Part shown: positions 11,590 to 25,373 of the stretch, one piece after another | Layout of the letters: every line of letters starts with the position of its first letter | How positions within the stretch are numbered: position 1 is the first letter of the stretch | Source: Geosiphon pyriformis uo1 | Taxonomy: Eukaryota > Fungi > Glomeromycota | Reading direction: 5' to 3' | Length of the DNA stretch: 64,000 bases | Assembly (NCBI GenBank): GCA_016748015.1 | Contig: JAAOMT010000129.1 | Coordinates: forward strand, 434,001-498,000 | Notes under the pieces: model-generated | What the model was told of the DNA's origin: nothing | What the model saw: the letters and a program-made list of their open reading frames with translations, nothing else | Databases searched by the model: none | Position numbers and translations under genes: made by a program

Positions 11590-12000
11590 TTTTAATATTA
11601 AGCTCTATTAAAATCTTCTAAATTTTTTAGATTTTTCTCTTGAATTAACTTCATAACTTCTTTTTTCAAAATTGCTTTTGTAATTTTGGTCTGTAATTTT
11701 TCAAATTAGGCATTGGTTAATTTTTCTAATTGATTAATGGTTACAGTATTTATTGTTAAGTATAATAGTATTTTTGGTCTGTTCTGAAATCTTATTTGTA
11801 GTTAGTAAATAGCTTTTGCATATGTGAATAAATTATTTTTTTCAACAAATTGTTCAATTTATTGTAGTTGAATTGGATCAAATTTTGTTTTGTTTTGTTG
11901 GTATACAAGTTTTTAATACTTAATTGTTGTCTCAACTAATAGTAACAAAAGTTTTTTGGATTTTTTCATATACTGAACTGATTTTGTAGTTTGATAAGTG
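11590..12000 (-). pseudogene. Remnant homologous to the post-integrase coding region of element 1
   Basis: Reads AKAIY*LQIRFQNRPKILL...TVTINQL...FEKLQTKITKAILKKEV, against TRAIYRLYTGFQDRLEILL...SITVNQM...FEKLQNKITQVIFEKEI in element 1. Confidence 0.75.
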
Positions 12001-13106
12001 TATTGGAATTACAAAATATTGTAAAAAGGCGAATTTAAAAGCAGCAAAATTGATTGGTTTTTTTTTAAGACTTTGGTATTATAAGTTTGCAGTTTTTGTC
12101 AAAAAAAACAATAAGGCTTGGATTGTTTTAATTTCATCTCAATTATTGGCTTTAATTGCTTTTTTGGCTTTTACAATTCAAACATATACATTTACTTCTT
12201 TACTGGAGAATTTTTCCAGTTTGGTAATATTTTTGTAAGTCATAATTTAAGTAATAAAAATTGGTTTAATTGTTAATAAAAAGAATATTAATAAAAATAT
12301 GTCTGGTTGCTATATTAAGTTTACTGCTGATTGTTTTTTTTTATTAGTGTAACCAATAAATTGTACAATAATTGTTCCATCTAAGGATATGATAGTTAAT
12401 TTGTTTAGAAATAATGTTAATAGTTGTGTCTAAAAAGAAGTGCTTTTGCTGAATTTACTGATTGCTAAGGTAAAATTTCCAAACAATAATTCATATTCTC
12501 TCAGAAATTTAGTTCAGAAATTTTGATTATAGTTTTAAGAGTACAGGATTTTGGGAGTTCTTGAAGTTTTTAATTGAGTTTTAATAAATTTTTTAAGCAA
12601 AATTTTGCTTTTTAGTGTTTGGTAATATGAAAGAGTAGTTGGTAAAAAAAACTTTGATTTCTTGCTAATCATAAGTCAAATACTTTTTGTGTAACTAGTG
12701 TATTTTTGTTTTCAAATTTGGATTTTTTAAAGTCAGATTTCAATAATTGTTTTCTTTTTATTTAAAAATGCTATTTGCTAATGTATTTCTGGATTTTCTA
12801 ATTGATTTTTAAAAAAATCTTGGCTATTGCTTAAATGATAATTAAAGTTAAATATGTTAATAATTTTTAATAGATTTATTCTCTGAGTTTTTTTGTGTCT
12901 GTTGTTTGGTTTAGTAAATAATTAATTTTAATATATATATAATGACAAAAATTACTCTCTATAGTAATGGTTTTTAGTAGTATTCTTAAGTTTTCTCTAA
13001 AGTATTAAGATAATACTTTTTATATAGTAAATAATTTTTTTTATAGTCTTAATAGTTACCACTTTTGTGAATTTCTGAGATGCTTTGTTTCTGTAAATTT
13101 TATAAT

Positions 13107-14150
13107 CTTATAAAAAGCACTAAATATTACAAATAAAGTTATTGGATTATTATAGTAATATTTAATACTTTAAATTTGAATAAAGAGAGTTTGAAAATTT
13201 TTGTTCTAGATATTTGAAGTAAATTGTTGATATTAGTTTTTAAAAGTTTTTTACCAGTTTTACCTGTAAAGTTTTTTGATTATAAAACACAAAAAAACAT
13301 TTGGCTGTTTGTAGCTTAAGTATATAAGCTATCTTCTTTGAGCTAGTTAAGCACAATTATTAGAGTTTAGCAGTGTTTTTTCACTCTTCTAATAAGCTAA
13401 CAAGATAATATTAATATTCAATTTTAGAAAGAGCTTCTTTCTTTTATCAGACTATCACAAAATTTATTCTTAGACAGTTAATTTTACAATGTTGCTGTTC
13501 TATAAAAAAAATAAAAAAATAAAAATAAAAAAATAAAAAATAAAAATAAAAAAATAAAAGAAATTAGTATTATTAATTATCATAATTAAGAGTAATTAAT
13601 CCAAATTATTATTGTTTAAAGCATTTTATGCTAAGAATATTTGGCTGAAAACAAAAGTAAAAGAATAATTAGTTTGATTTAAACATTGAATTTATAGATT
13701 ATGAATGAATGATTTTTTTGATTTCAAATATTTTTTTTATTTAAGATAATATAGATATATAAATAAAATAAATTTAATAAATATGAATAAAAAGATGTAT
13801 TTTTTATTTATTCTTGTCTGTTTATATGTTTATTTTTTGCTACTTTGTTAAAACTATTTATTTTTATATATATTTTTAATTTTATAAGATTGTTTTTAAT
13901 TGGTTGTTATTATTAATTATTGCTTATTATTTTTGTTGTTGTTTTATTCTTTCATATTATAACTAGTTATTTTATGTTATGATTAATTATTCTGTGTTAT
14001 TTTATGTTATTGTGTGTTATTTCACATTATTTTAAGTTATAATATATTATTTTGTATTATTTTGCATTATTATATTTTTCTAGGTTATCATGTTTTCTAA
14101 TAATGTTTTTTTTAATATCTTTTTAAATTGGTTTTTTTACTTAAATAACA
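13107..14150 (-). repeat. Degenerate PBS plus 5' LTR (13125-14150) of a different LTR family
   Basis: CTTATAAAAAGCACTAAATATTACA is an AT-mutated CCTTACAGAGAGCACCAAATGTTACA junction; ends in ATAACA at 14150. Confidence 0.6.
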
Positions 14151-17100
14151 GTATATAAATTTGTTTCTTAATTTTAAAAAAAACATGGGTTTTTATAATT
14201 CTTAAATTATATGAATAAAAAAGTATTTTAATAAACATTTGACTTATTGCTTTAATTAAAATAGCTCAAAAAAAAATTTTAAAATTTTGTCTAACAGAAT
14301 TTTTTTGGTATGCAATAAGTTTAATGTGCTTTATAATAATAATTTTTTAGTATTAAAAAATACAATAATACAATTTTTTATATTTATGGTCAAATTAGTA
14401 ATAAAAAATACTTTAAAAAAAAATTATAAACTTTAATTAATTTTGTAGAATATATATAAGACATATAATTTTATAAGTTAAGAATATTTAAAAAATAGCT
14501 TGAATAAAATCAAAATGTGTAACAAGTTTGTTAGATTCTTTGATAGTATTTACAATAATTATATTAACTAGAATATAACTAATCTTGGCTTAATAGATAA
14601 TTACTGTATTTATAATAGACTAGATTAAAACAAAAATTTTTTTTTTTTTTGGCATATCTTTTATAATCTTTTTTTGTGTGAAATTAAGAAACAAAAAAAT
14701 ATGTGCAGTTATAAAATTAATTCTAAATTTGTTATTAAAACTAATTGAATTAAAGCCCAAGTAAGTAGAACATTATTTTTTATTGCTAGTATTTTTGTTA
14801 ATAATATAATTTGGATAAAAAGTAATTAAATTATAACTTAGTATATTCTAAATATTATAAATAATTTTTTTAAGTTAATAATATTTCAAATAATAATAAT
14901 AAAACAGTGACTATTTTTATTAATTATAAAATTGTTGTTTTTTCTTTAACAATTAATAGTTTGTTATTTTAATTATCAAGAAAAAAAAAGTTTATAAATA
15001 TTTAAATATTTTTGTGTTTTTAAATAATTTGTTAAGACATAATTTAGTCAAAATTTATTTAGATATTAGGTTTTTATAAACAAAGTTTTAAAAAAAATTA
15101 TTATTAACAAACAAATTTTCTATTTGGTTTTAGTAGTTTTATATTTTATTATTAATTATAGAATACAGTTTAATTTTGTTTTAATTAATATGTATAATAA
15201 GTAAAACACTATAATTCAAAAAGATTTAAAGTTAAAAACTAAGTTTACTATTAAACTTTTCTAATAATACAGTTTACTATTCTTTTTTATATGACTTAAA
15301 ATTTTATAAAAAAATATAAATTAAGTATAAATTGGCTTTTTTTTTAAGTTTTTTAAATACAGATAGTATTATAAACTGGCTATTTAGTTATATATCTTTT
15401 AATTTTCAGATATTAAGTTGGTTTTTTTGCCATTTTTTGTTCTTTTTATTTTGTTTTTGTGTTAATTTAGTTAACAATTTTTTGGCTGACATGATTAAAA
15501 TTTTTTGTGGTTATAATTTTTTTTTAGATAGCACTTTGTTTTTAGTGTTTTGGTTTTTTAAAAATATTTTAATGTCTGTAATTCTTAATAATTCTGTTTT
15601 TTTAAGATTTGTTATTTGATTAAATATTTTGGTATTGTTTTTATTAAACAGTTATGTAATAAAAATAGTAGAGTTTTTAATTAAAAAAACTTCAAGTATT
15701 AAAAATATTTTAATTTTTATGATCCAGTTTTTGCATGGTTTTTGTCAGCAATAACATATTTGAATGTCTTTATAGATTAATAAACTTCTTTTTTTATTAT
15801 AGAAAATAACTAGCTTTTGAATGTTTTAAGTTCTAAAAAATTTTGTCAAATATATAATAAGTAGTTAAACATTAACTTTTCTTGTATTTCTGTTTACATT
15901 GATAGTTTTTTGAAATTTTTAAATTTAATAAACATGAAAACTGGTATTATAGTATATTTTAACAGTTTAAATTTTAATATTAATGTTAAAATTTTTGGTC
16001 AGTGTTATTTACTTTGGTTAAGTTATAAACTATTATATTAACTTTAGAGTATATTTTTTTTTATATAATTATAGTATTTTTAAATAATTAAATAATCTTA
16101 AATACTTGTTTATTAAAGCTAGTTTTAATATTATTTAATTTTTATAATTATTTTTGAATATAACATTATCATATTGCAAAAATAATTGGTAAAAAAAATT
16201 TATATATGTTTTAATTTAAAATTAAAAACTATTTTAATGTTTTTAGTAATATTAGAATTAATATATTAATAAATATTATATTATTTTTAAATTTAGTACT
16301 ACTGGTTATAATTTGAAAAAAGTTTTTAAAAGCTAATAGTATATGTGTATTTGGAAATACAAGATATTTTGTTTGTAAAATTTTTTAAACAGTCAATTAT
16401 GTTTATTAAAAAACTAATTATAGTGCTAAAATTATGAACCAAAATTTAATTAAAAATATAAATTAAATTTGTTTTTTATAAGTATAATATTTAAACTTTT
16501 ACATGATGGCTAAATATATAAATTAAGTCATTGCTGGTGCTTATTTTTATTTTATAAAGACTTTTATCTTTAATTGCCAATAGTTATTTATAAGTAATTA
16601 TATAATAGATATTATAATAGTGTTTTGTGTTTTTTTTGTTATAACATTAATTTTCTGATTATTTATTCTTATATTTAATAGATTTTGTTGTTTATAATAT
16701 TTTGTTGATGTTTTAGGCCACTATGTGAAAATTTATTTCTAGTTTGTATAAATTTTTATCTTATGTGTTTTAATTTTTATTATTATATTTATTAAATATT
16801 GTAATATGTATTATCTTGTATAAAAGTTTTGTTTTTAAGACTTGGTATTTGAAATTTTTTTTATTTTTAAAAATTATAAAGTTGTTATTAATAAAATTGT
16901 AAGTTTTATGTATAATCTAAGTTTAGTACTTAAAAATAAAATTTGGTTTATTTATTTTAAATATCAGGCAGTTATAAAAAAAATTTTAATTTTATTAAAT
17001 AGTTTAGTGTCTTTTTTATTAGTAGTTTATTAAATATATTGTTAAGAAATATAATTAAATTGTTTGGTATTATAGAAGTTTTAAGTATTAATTTTGACAT

Positions 17101-17263
17101 ATATATTTTATATCTTTTTATTTTTGGTATTAAAAAAAGTGTTTTTGTTTATATAAAAGTGTAATATTGTCCTATTGGTTTAAATAACTAGTTATATATA
17201 GTAAATACATAATTTATATTTAGTTTAAATTACTTAATTTGACATATTATATTAAATAGTGTT
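14151..17263 (+). mobile_element. Heavily decayed LINE ORF2 (RT to 3' UTR)
   Basis: LIALIKIAQKK...FLVLKNTI is an AT-drifted RPIALIETARK/FSVLKGTT; RNase H and 3' UTR remnants match the younger copies. Confidence 0.8.
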
Positions 17264-18560
17264 TATTATTTATTATTATATTTTATGAGTGAGGTCCAAT
17301 ATTATCTAATATAATACATTAAACTAAGTAATTTAAACTAAGTATGAATTATATACTTTCTATATGTGACTAACTACTTAAACTAATTAAAACAATATTA
17401 TAAATCTATATTAACAAAAATCAAACTACCAATTTCTGAAAAAAATTGCAAAGTTTGCGAAAACCAAAACTAATATTATGTGTCTCTACAATTTGAAACA
17501 ACTTAATAATATCATTAAAAAACAAAAACAATAGATTACAAATTTTTGAAAGCACAAAGCCATTATATGCAATTAAATCTTTTTTTTCATAAATATTTTA
17601 TGTTTAAATTCTATTAACTACATCTCAATTTAATAAACTATTTTCAAGCTTTGCATCAAATTAATAATTTTTTTGTTGGCAGTCTTGGTACAGCCAAAAA
17701 CAAATACAGTCTTTAAATATTATTCCTTAAATATAAAACTTTTACACAAGGCAATATATACAGTATTGTTAGATATATACAAAAAAAGCATTTACAAAAC
17801 ACAAAACAATAACAAATTCAAGCCTAATATAGAATTCTATTAAGCCAAATGTAAATTAAACAGTTCTCTATAAACATTAAAGTTCATTATATATGTAAAA
17901 AAAATGGTCAAAAAAATCTATTTTTTTATAATAGAAACACAATACACTAGAATACTCCCTATTATATAAGTGTTTTTGCACAGCAATTGGCAAATAACAA
18001 TACAAGACCTTTATAAAATATAAGCACAATCTAACAGTAAATTTACTTGTAAAACCAGATATTATATATAAATCAGAATACCAAACTAATAATGTCTGAA
18101 TTTAATTTATGTTTCTAATTATGTTTTTATTAATATAGTTTAATTCAAATCCAATTTTTTAATAAACATAATTAACAGTTCTAAAAATATTGTAAATAAA
18201 ATAATGAATATTATTAAATACTATAACTTTACTAGCTTTAATATATCTTTCTTTGACAAGAACAGAAAGCATTAAATTTGAACATAAAACTAAGTTAGTC
18301 AGCTTGTTTATATGCTTATTACCCAAGACACCTGAATGGTTTTTAATTTTAAACCAGAAAATATCAAGTTTTTTATATCTAATAATATTTATAACACAAT
18401 ATTTTTTAAGCCAACAATAATTGCAAAAGTTTAATAAAGCCATATTTAATTTTGTAGCACAAGCATTCAAAACAGCTTGATTATTTAAATACACTACAAT
18501 AGTACTGAAAGCTAAAATATACTTTAAGATCAGAGTAATTGTTTATAATTCTACTATAAT
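17264..18560 (-). mobile_element. 5'-truncated decayed LINE (RNase H to 3' UTR)
   Basis: WFKIKNHSGVLGNKHINKL (RNase H KVKGHSG..GNE motif); conserved 3' UTR at 17286-17400. Confidence 0.8.
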
Positions 18561-20252
18561 AATATTTGGATTTTATTTATTAAATTATAAAAAAAAAGTT
18601 TTTTATATGTCTATTAAATATTTTTTATAATTATATTAACATATTATTTTTCTAAGTTATTATTAATTTATTTATATTTTGATTTATTTATATTTAAAAA
18701 AATTCAAAAAAATTAATAAGTTATTTAATTAATTTTTTATTATTAAAATAGTTTTTTTAATTATAAATATTTTATCTTTTATATAATTATTTTGGTTTAA
18801 AAAAAATTGAAACTTTTTAATATTAATTGTTTTAATTACTTTTAAGTAAGTATAAATTTAATTAATAACATTTATATTATCTTAATTTTAATTTAAAATA
18901 AATATTTTAAATAAATTATGATAAAAAAAATAGTTTAAAATTTTTATTTTGAAATTTATCTAAATTTTTGGCTCAATAATATAATTTGGTTTTTTTATTT
19001 AAGTATTAAATATATACTGTATAAAAGTTTTGGCAGGTTTTTTACAAAAAAATTTAGAACTAGCTTTTTTTTGGTAATTATTAATTAATATAAAATTTGA
19101 CTTAAAATACTTTATATTATAAAAAATTCAAAAAAATTATTTTTATCTTTTTTAAAACTTTTGTATTATCTTTAAAATTAATTAAAATTTTGAGAATAAA
19201 AGTATTATGTTATTATTTTTGTCAATAATAGTTTTTTTATGTTTTATATTTTATTGATAAAATTATTATTGTTATTATTAACAGTTTAAATAAACTAATA
19301 ATAAATATTGTCTTTAAGTAATATATTGTTTGTTTAATTATAAATAATATTTAAAAACAATGTTAAAAAAAGCAATAAATATGAATTTACTTATTATTTT
19401 TATCCAATTTTGTTGTTATTTTTTATTTTATTATTTTAACAAATTTCAAAATTTTCGAATTTCTTTTAATTATAACTAAATACTTCAGCTTTTTATTTAA
19501 TTTGGCTCTTTTTGTGATTTGAGTATTATTACTTCTTTTTTATAACTTTTCAGATTTAGATTATTAGTTTTAACTTTTGAGTTATTAATAAGTAAGGTAT
19601 ATTTTTTTGTTTTTACAAATTGTATTTTTTTATTATCAAAGAAAAATTAAATTAATAAAATTCTAAAGCCGATTAAATGACAGATTCTGAATCAAATACA
19701 AGTCATAAAACATTATATAATTTTTATTTTAGTTAATAATTTATCTTTTTCTTTTTAATACACTTTTTAATATGCCTAAAAATAATAATAACCAATTTTC
19801 TGCCATTTTTTTTGTAATCCAATAAATAAATTTGCAATTGTAATAATTACTGTAATTATTTTTAACTATTATAATTATTCCAACTAAATAAATTACAATA
19901 AGTGTAACTTTTGTATTATTATTATTGTTAATATGCAATTATTTTAATTAAATACAATTAATTTAAAACTTTCAATTTTTTAAAATTACTCTTCAAATAA
20001 TATTATATAAAAACGAGTCGAAAATTTTAATTGTATATAATTTTAATTAATAACACAATATTCGTTATCAAATAATTATATTTTAATTAAAAATAACATT
20101 TTTAAAATTTCCAAATTTTGATTAAATCAAATATTATAATGACTTTTATTATTTTTCTCCATTTTCGCCAATTCTCCCACGGTTTGAAATTTTGCCGGAA
20201 TTAAGTATTTTCAAGTTACGCGTTTCTTCCATTGTTCCTAACACCACAAATT

Positions 20253-21149
20253 ATGGCCGCAAGGTCAATATTCCGAAAAGCGGGCACCTTGTTGAAACTT
20301 GCTTGCTTTGTACATATGTTCAATGAACATGTCTTTGAACTTACGATGGTCTGCAAATATTAATCGTAACGGGAATTTGACGCGTTCCCCTTACTTTTCT
20401 TAATCACTTGCAACTTGCTCATTGACAATTGGGCCTAAAAAATAAAATCTTCTCAGTGTATAGGCCCTTCCATGTTACCAACCTTTAACGTGGTTGGTGA
20501 CGTTGTAGCTCAAGAACATATTAGTCCGCGACTACGTCGCTTGGAAATTGGCGACATTGTAGTATGTGTTTCGCCCACATTTCCGAGCCGGTCAATTTGC
20601 AAGCGGATTTTGGGCATGGTAATGTTAAGCTTAACGTTTAGATGAACACTTAAATCTTTGGTCGAGGTTATCTTTTTCTAGTTTAATGCTGTGATTAATA
20701 TGCGTTAAATGGATATCGCCAATATTTGCCACTGAAAAGCCTGGGGATTTCATTTGTGTTGACCCGACTGCAACACAAAGAAGATATATCACGGTGAGTT
20801 TAAAGTTTCTTAAGTAAATTCAAAAGACATGCTAGGTTTCTATCAAAATTGCGTTTTATTCTTAGGTGCCTCGTGGTCACGTATGGTTACAAGGGGATAA
20901 TATGAGTAACTCAACAGACTCACGTTCTTATGGCCCTGTCCCTTATGCTCTAATACGTGGCAGGGTCTTCGCAAAGGTGACTGGTTTTATTTATTAAAGG
21001 AGAGATGATTTGTTTTGCCAACTTGATGAAAATTTCCTTTTCAGTTGTGGCCGGAAGTTAGCTGGATAAAGAATGGATTGGTTCTGCGAAACGAAAACGA
21101 TAGTAGTTCATCAAATCTCCCGAGTAAGAATGCCAAAACCTCAACCTGA
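20253..21149 (+). CDS. IMP1: Mitochondrial inner membrane peptidase subunit 1 (S26 family); 5 exons: 20253-20348, 20457-20618, 20740-20793, 20866-20976, 21045-21149
   Basis: Spliced translation gives GPSMLPTF (catalytic Ser), [16 protein letters not shown] (catalytic Lys), [26 protein letters not shown]; all introns are GT-AG and phase 0. Confidence 0.93.
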
Positions 21150-21466
21150 ACCCAGGATAGTGCACCAATTTTCTCAACATATAAGTTTCAAAAACGCAAT
21201 AATTTCGCTAGTTGAATTTATGAATTCAATTTCAAGGCAATGAAAGAGACATTTCATATCTACAAAGTGTTTTAATCAGAAAATTTACTTTTTTCAATTC
21301 AAACAAACATGAAAACTTCGGTTTTGCGAAGTAGATTTTATCAACAATATTTCCTAATTATCTGATTGTAATGGATGATGAGGTTGGAAAGGAAATCGAA
21401 GAAGTTACCACACAATATAATGCAATTTTCTAATTAGCGATTCTCACTTTTGGAAAATAAAAGAAG

Positions 21467-24400
21467 TTAGAAGCCAGTCGTCGTCGTCGTCGTCTTATTT
21501 AAGGTGTTTTCATTTTTCCTTTATGATCAGCTGCACTCGTTGTGCCCCATCTAAAGAAATTTAAATAAATCAATTGATTGTAAGAAAATGAACGCTAAAA
21601 CGAAGGCTTACATTCGGATAGTGTGGTCGTCGCCAGCTGATGCAAATATGCGTGGATTGACTGGACTCCAATTAACACTATTTACAGTGCCTTTGTGACC
21701 TGACAGGACTTCAATTAGCGTGGCATGATCCCTATCCCAAACGTAGATATTCGAATCTAAGCAATATTAAGCCAATTAATAAACTTTTCACTTGCAACTC
21801 TATTAAATTTTATTCCTCATACCTTCGCTCCCACTAACAATAAATCCTTGGTCAATACCCCCAAAGCAAGAGCGTATAACATATTTCCCCTGTTTCTGTC
21901 CATGATATTTACGGACGAGTCGTCTCTCATCAATGTCCCACAGGTGAATCTCCTATAAATCAACCAAATGATTTATTTGAAAAATTTTTAGCAAAATAAA
22001 ATTAATCTTTGAGTTTGAGCTTACTCGAGACTCCAGATTCATCAAAGCAAATTTACAATCATTGGATAAACAAATGGAAGTTATTCGAGCATTCTCCTCG
22101 AGTGTGCTAAGTAAAGAAGAATATGGTATAAATAATATAGTATACCGTGCACCTAATTAATAAAACTATTAAACCCACGCTTCTTCTAGCTTGGTCAGTA
22201 AGTCGTAAATATGGATCTTTTTGTCAGGACATATTGCTACCATCTTCGTGCCTTCTTTGTTTATTGCAAGATCCATTATGCGTGCACCAGACCATTTAGA
22301 TATTACTGTACCATCAAGACTCTACATATATCAAAAAGGGTAAGAGGCTAATTAAAGGATCTGATAGATTCAAGTTAAAGCAATTCTTAGAAAAAGTTAC
22401 CCATAAATAAGCGGTTTTATCTGAACTGCCTGATATAAAGCTTTTACCATCCGGAAGCCACGCGCAAGCGGAAACAGGTTCGGTATGTTTTTTAAAAGAG
22501 TTCACACAGATACCCGTCTGATTTGAAATTTAAATGACGATTAGCCCTGAACATCTATATGCTATAGTGGAATTACTATCACCTTTTACCAACCTGTGTA
22601 TTCCAAAGTTTCAATTCATTATCTTGTCCACAAGTCAGAAGCATCGAATCATCAGGAGACCACGAAACATATGATACAAAATCTTCATGATCGCTTAGGA
22701 TATGAAGCAAGTCCAAACTCTGTTATATGAAATGGATAAATCATCGAATCATGTTAAAACCTTTCATAAATTCAACCATGCTCTTTTTCTTTTTTTTTTT
22801 ACCTCAAGGCTCCATATGATAGCAGTTTTATCTTTTGATGCAGAAGCTAAAAATTTTCCATTGTTCGAAAATACAACATGCCAAACTTCATCGGTATGTC
22901 GGTTAAATATGTGTGTTGTTACCAAGGGAAATTGGGATCTTTTGCCATTAGAATTACGCAAAATAGATTAGTATAACTTTTTCAACAAATAAATCAATTT
23001 TTGTAATGGCAGTATCTAATTCTTTTTTGACCTGTCACAAATATGATCCGAATAGAGTGAAATGTATTCATTCGTATTGTGATAAAGACAGGATTTACGT
23101 TGAAATCCCGTCGCTTGTTCAAGTAGTGTCTCTAATCGATGTTCAGGCACCATAATAGCAGGTGAAATATATTCTGCCAATGGAAGAAGTGCCAGACAAA
23201 ACCAGCATGGATTACTCAATCATTTGATACGAGGAAATTAATTGACAGGCTGATCCCATGTTGAAATTACTTTGCAATTCCAGCAATAATTTTTGACGCG
23301 ATGCTCCATTTGCACCATCCCAATCAGCCCTCCGTTTTAAATCATCAGTATTTGAACACATAGCAAAACTTTGAAATGCAACCATATTAGAATAATGGAT
23401 CCATCTGAGTAAAAACTAAAAAAATTTATTATCACACAGGCAAAGACATGCCTTGGAAGAGCATGCAATCTTTCCAAATTGTAATTGAGTGGGGTGAGTT
23501 CACGTTGTAGAACAATTAAGGCCTTCATTTTATGTTCCGCTTCCAAAAGTTCCAAATATTTTTGTTGCCGAATTAGAAATTTTACGACCTGATGACATTT
23601 CTCTGTGAGTATGTTCGAACTCCCATAGTGATGGTAAGGAGTCTGATTATTATCTTTTGAATTTACCACAGTATCCTTGGTATGATCTAATTCCAAAGTG
23701 GGTAAAAGGCTTTCAATCAAATCCCAATCACCTTTCAAAACACCCTCCCTGAATTGCGCAACTGCCTGACTTTCAAGGGGAAACCCAGATTCGCTTTCAA
23801 GAAGCGCCGCAGATTGACTATATTTAAATAATTACGTTTAGTAGAAATGCGATATAATGAAAGACAAAAAGAGTAGTTGATATACCATACATATGCAGAC
23901 CTATAACCCATGTTCTGTAATGCTTGGACCATAAGCCTTACAAGCTCCTGTTTCCTTGTTCTTTGCGTTTTATTATTATTATTATTATTGTCATTATTAT
24001 TCAGAATCTGTCCATTTGACACATCCTCACAATCGCCATTATTTGTATGTGGAACTCCGTTTGCGTTTCCACCAACACCATTTTCTGATTGATTAATCCT
24101 CATCTTTGAGTCTTTATCAAGAATTTCTTGGGTTCGCAAGCGTTTTGGAGAACGTAAGTCAGTTTCCGAGTCACTAACTTGGATATAATCGTCTGTTTCG
24201 TCTCTAGGATGGTAACCACGAGCTTGAGTTCGCGATTCGTCAGTTGGAAAGGAAGAACTTGAGTTTGAAGGTGAAGTTAAAAGAGAGGAGGAAGAGAAAT
24301 GAAAAGGCAAAGAAGTTTGGTCCTCGTCAAAAGAGCCGATCAAGATGTGAGGAGAAGCCTGAGAGACTGCAGCAGAAGCACTATCCAATAAGTGAGGATA

Positions 24401-24475
24401 AGAAAGTGAGTGAGTGTCGCTATTTACTGAATTGCCTCTGCTACTAGTCCTTCCAAGTGGGGAGTCGCGTTCCAG
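21467..24475 (-). CDS. WDR26: WDR26/Gid7-like LisH-CTLH-WD40 protein (GID/CTLH E3 ligase subunit), multi-exon; start uncertain (first AUG 24103, candidate CUG 24475)
   Basis: [15 protein letters not shown] (LisH), [68 protein letters not shown] and further WD repeats; stop at 21467-21469. Confidence 0.92.
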
Positions 24476-25373
24476 GATGGGAGAATCTCGCTCGGGCACA
24501 CACTCGGCGTGCCAGAATTGAAGTTTATTAGCTAGAGCAGAATTGCTGAAAACCAAATTAAGCGTCTAAATAAGTACTTAATATAAAGGTTACTAGTGGA
24601 AAATAGCTTGTAACAAGAGTGAGCACAACGGTAGTTCACATCAACTTTTGTAGGGAAGGAATAAACGTAACAGAAGCAATATAACGCAAGTTTCCAGAAG
24701 CCTTGTGAATATCAATTGAAAGACAAAAGTGGTGCTAGACTTATTACGAGAAAGCTGGACCACATAAACGAAGTATGTACAACTGCAAGCAAGGCACAAA
24801 GTGAAAAAAAAAGAAAAGAAAATTGTCGAACGTAAACTAACATCTCTCGATATCCCCTTTATAAGATATTCCAAGCTACGTCACTAACTCTACATTTTTG
24901 TGCAGACAAATTGACCACGCCCATATTTACATCCCCGTTATAGGTATACCCGTAGTTCTTTATGACAAACATGTGATATGGGAGTAGAAGTTGATTGAAC
25001 CAAAGCGCGTAAACTACTAGCAACTTCTAAAAAGTTGATCGTCTAAATTGTGACTCATGCGGCGTAGCTTATTTCTTGGGTTAAACTCGAGATCTTGATA
25101 AATAATCAAAATGAAATCGCATTGGCCTTTGACCAAATATCCGAAGAAAAAATTTGTGAAGGAACCAATTCAAGTCGAGTAGAGGAAATCAAATAAAAAG
25201 CTTCCACAAATAACTGAAAAGCTTAGTTAGAACGCGTTAAATTAAGCAAATCAGCAACAAAAGAACGCGTCTGAATTGTAAATAGAAAGAATTGAACGTA
25301 TATTTAGATTTAATGAATTTGGCCATGAATACGAAGACCAAAAAGTTTAGTTTTTTAAAAACCTCTAGTTGCT

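Noticed and set aside
10648-14154. GTGT/GTAT as a target-site duplication around 10652-14150
   Set aside because: The left and right flanks belong to different elements and the two LTRs do not match.
12050-19938. Short Phe/Ile/Leu/Lys/Asn-rich ORFs in AT-rich DNA (also at 45548-46616 and 60660-60881)
   Set aside because: Compositional artefacts or fragments of decayed transposon ORFs, not host genes.
21478-21494. (CGT)n microsatellite, and (ATT)n at about 23970-24000
   Set aside because: Ordinary coding poly-Thr and poly-Asn tracts within WDR26.
24641-24874. 77-aa hydrophobic ORF upstream of WDR26
   Set aside because: TTG start, T-rich low complexity, no recognisable family; probably promoter or 5' leader.
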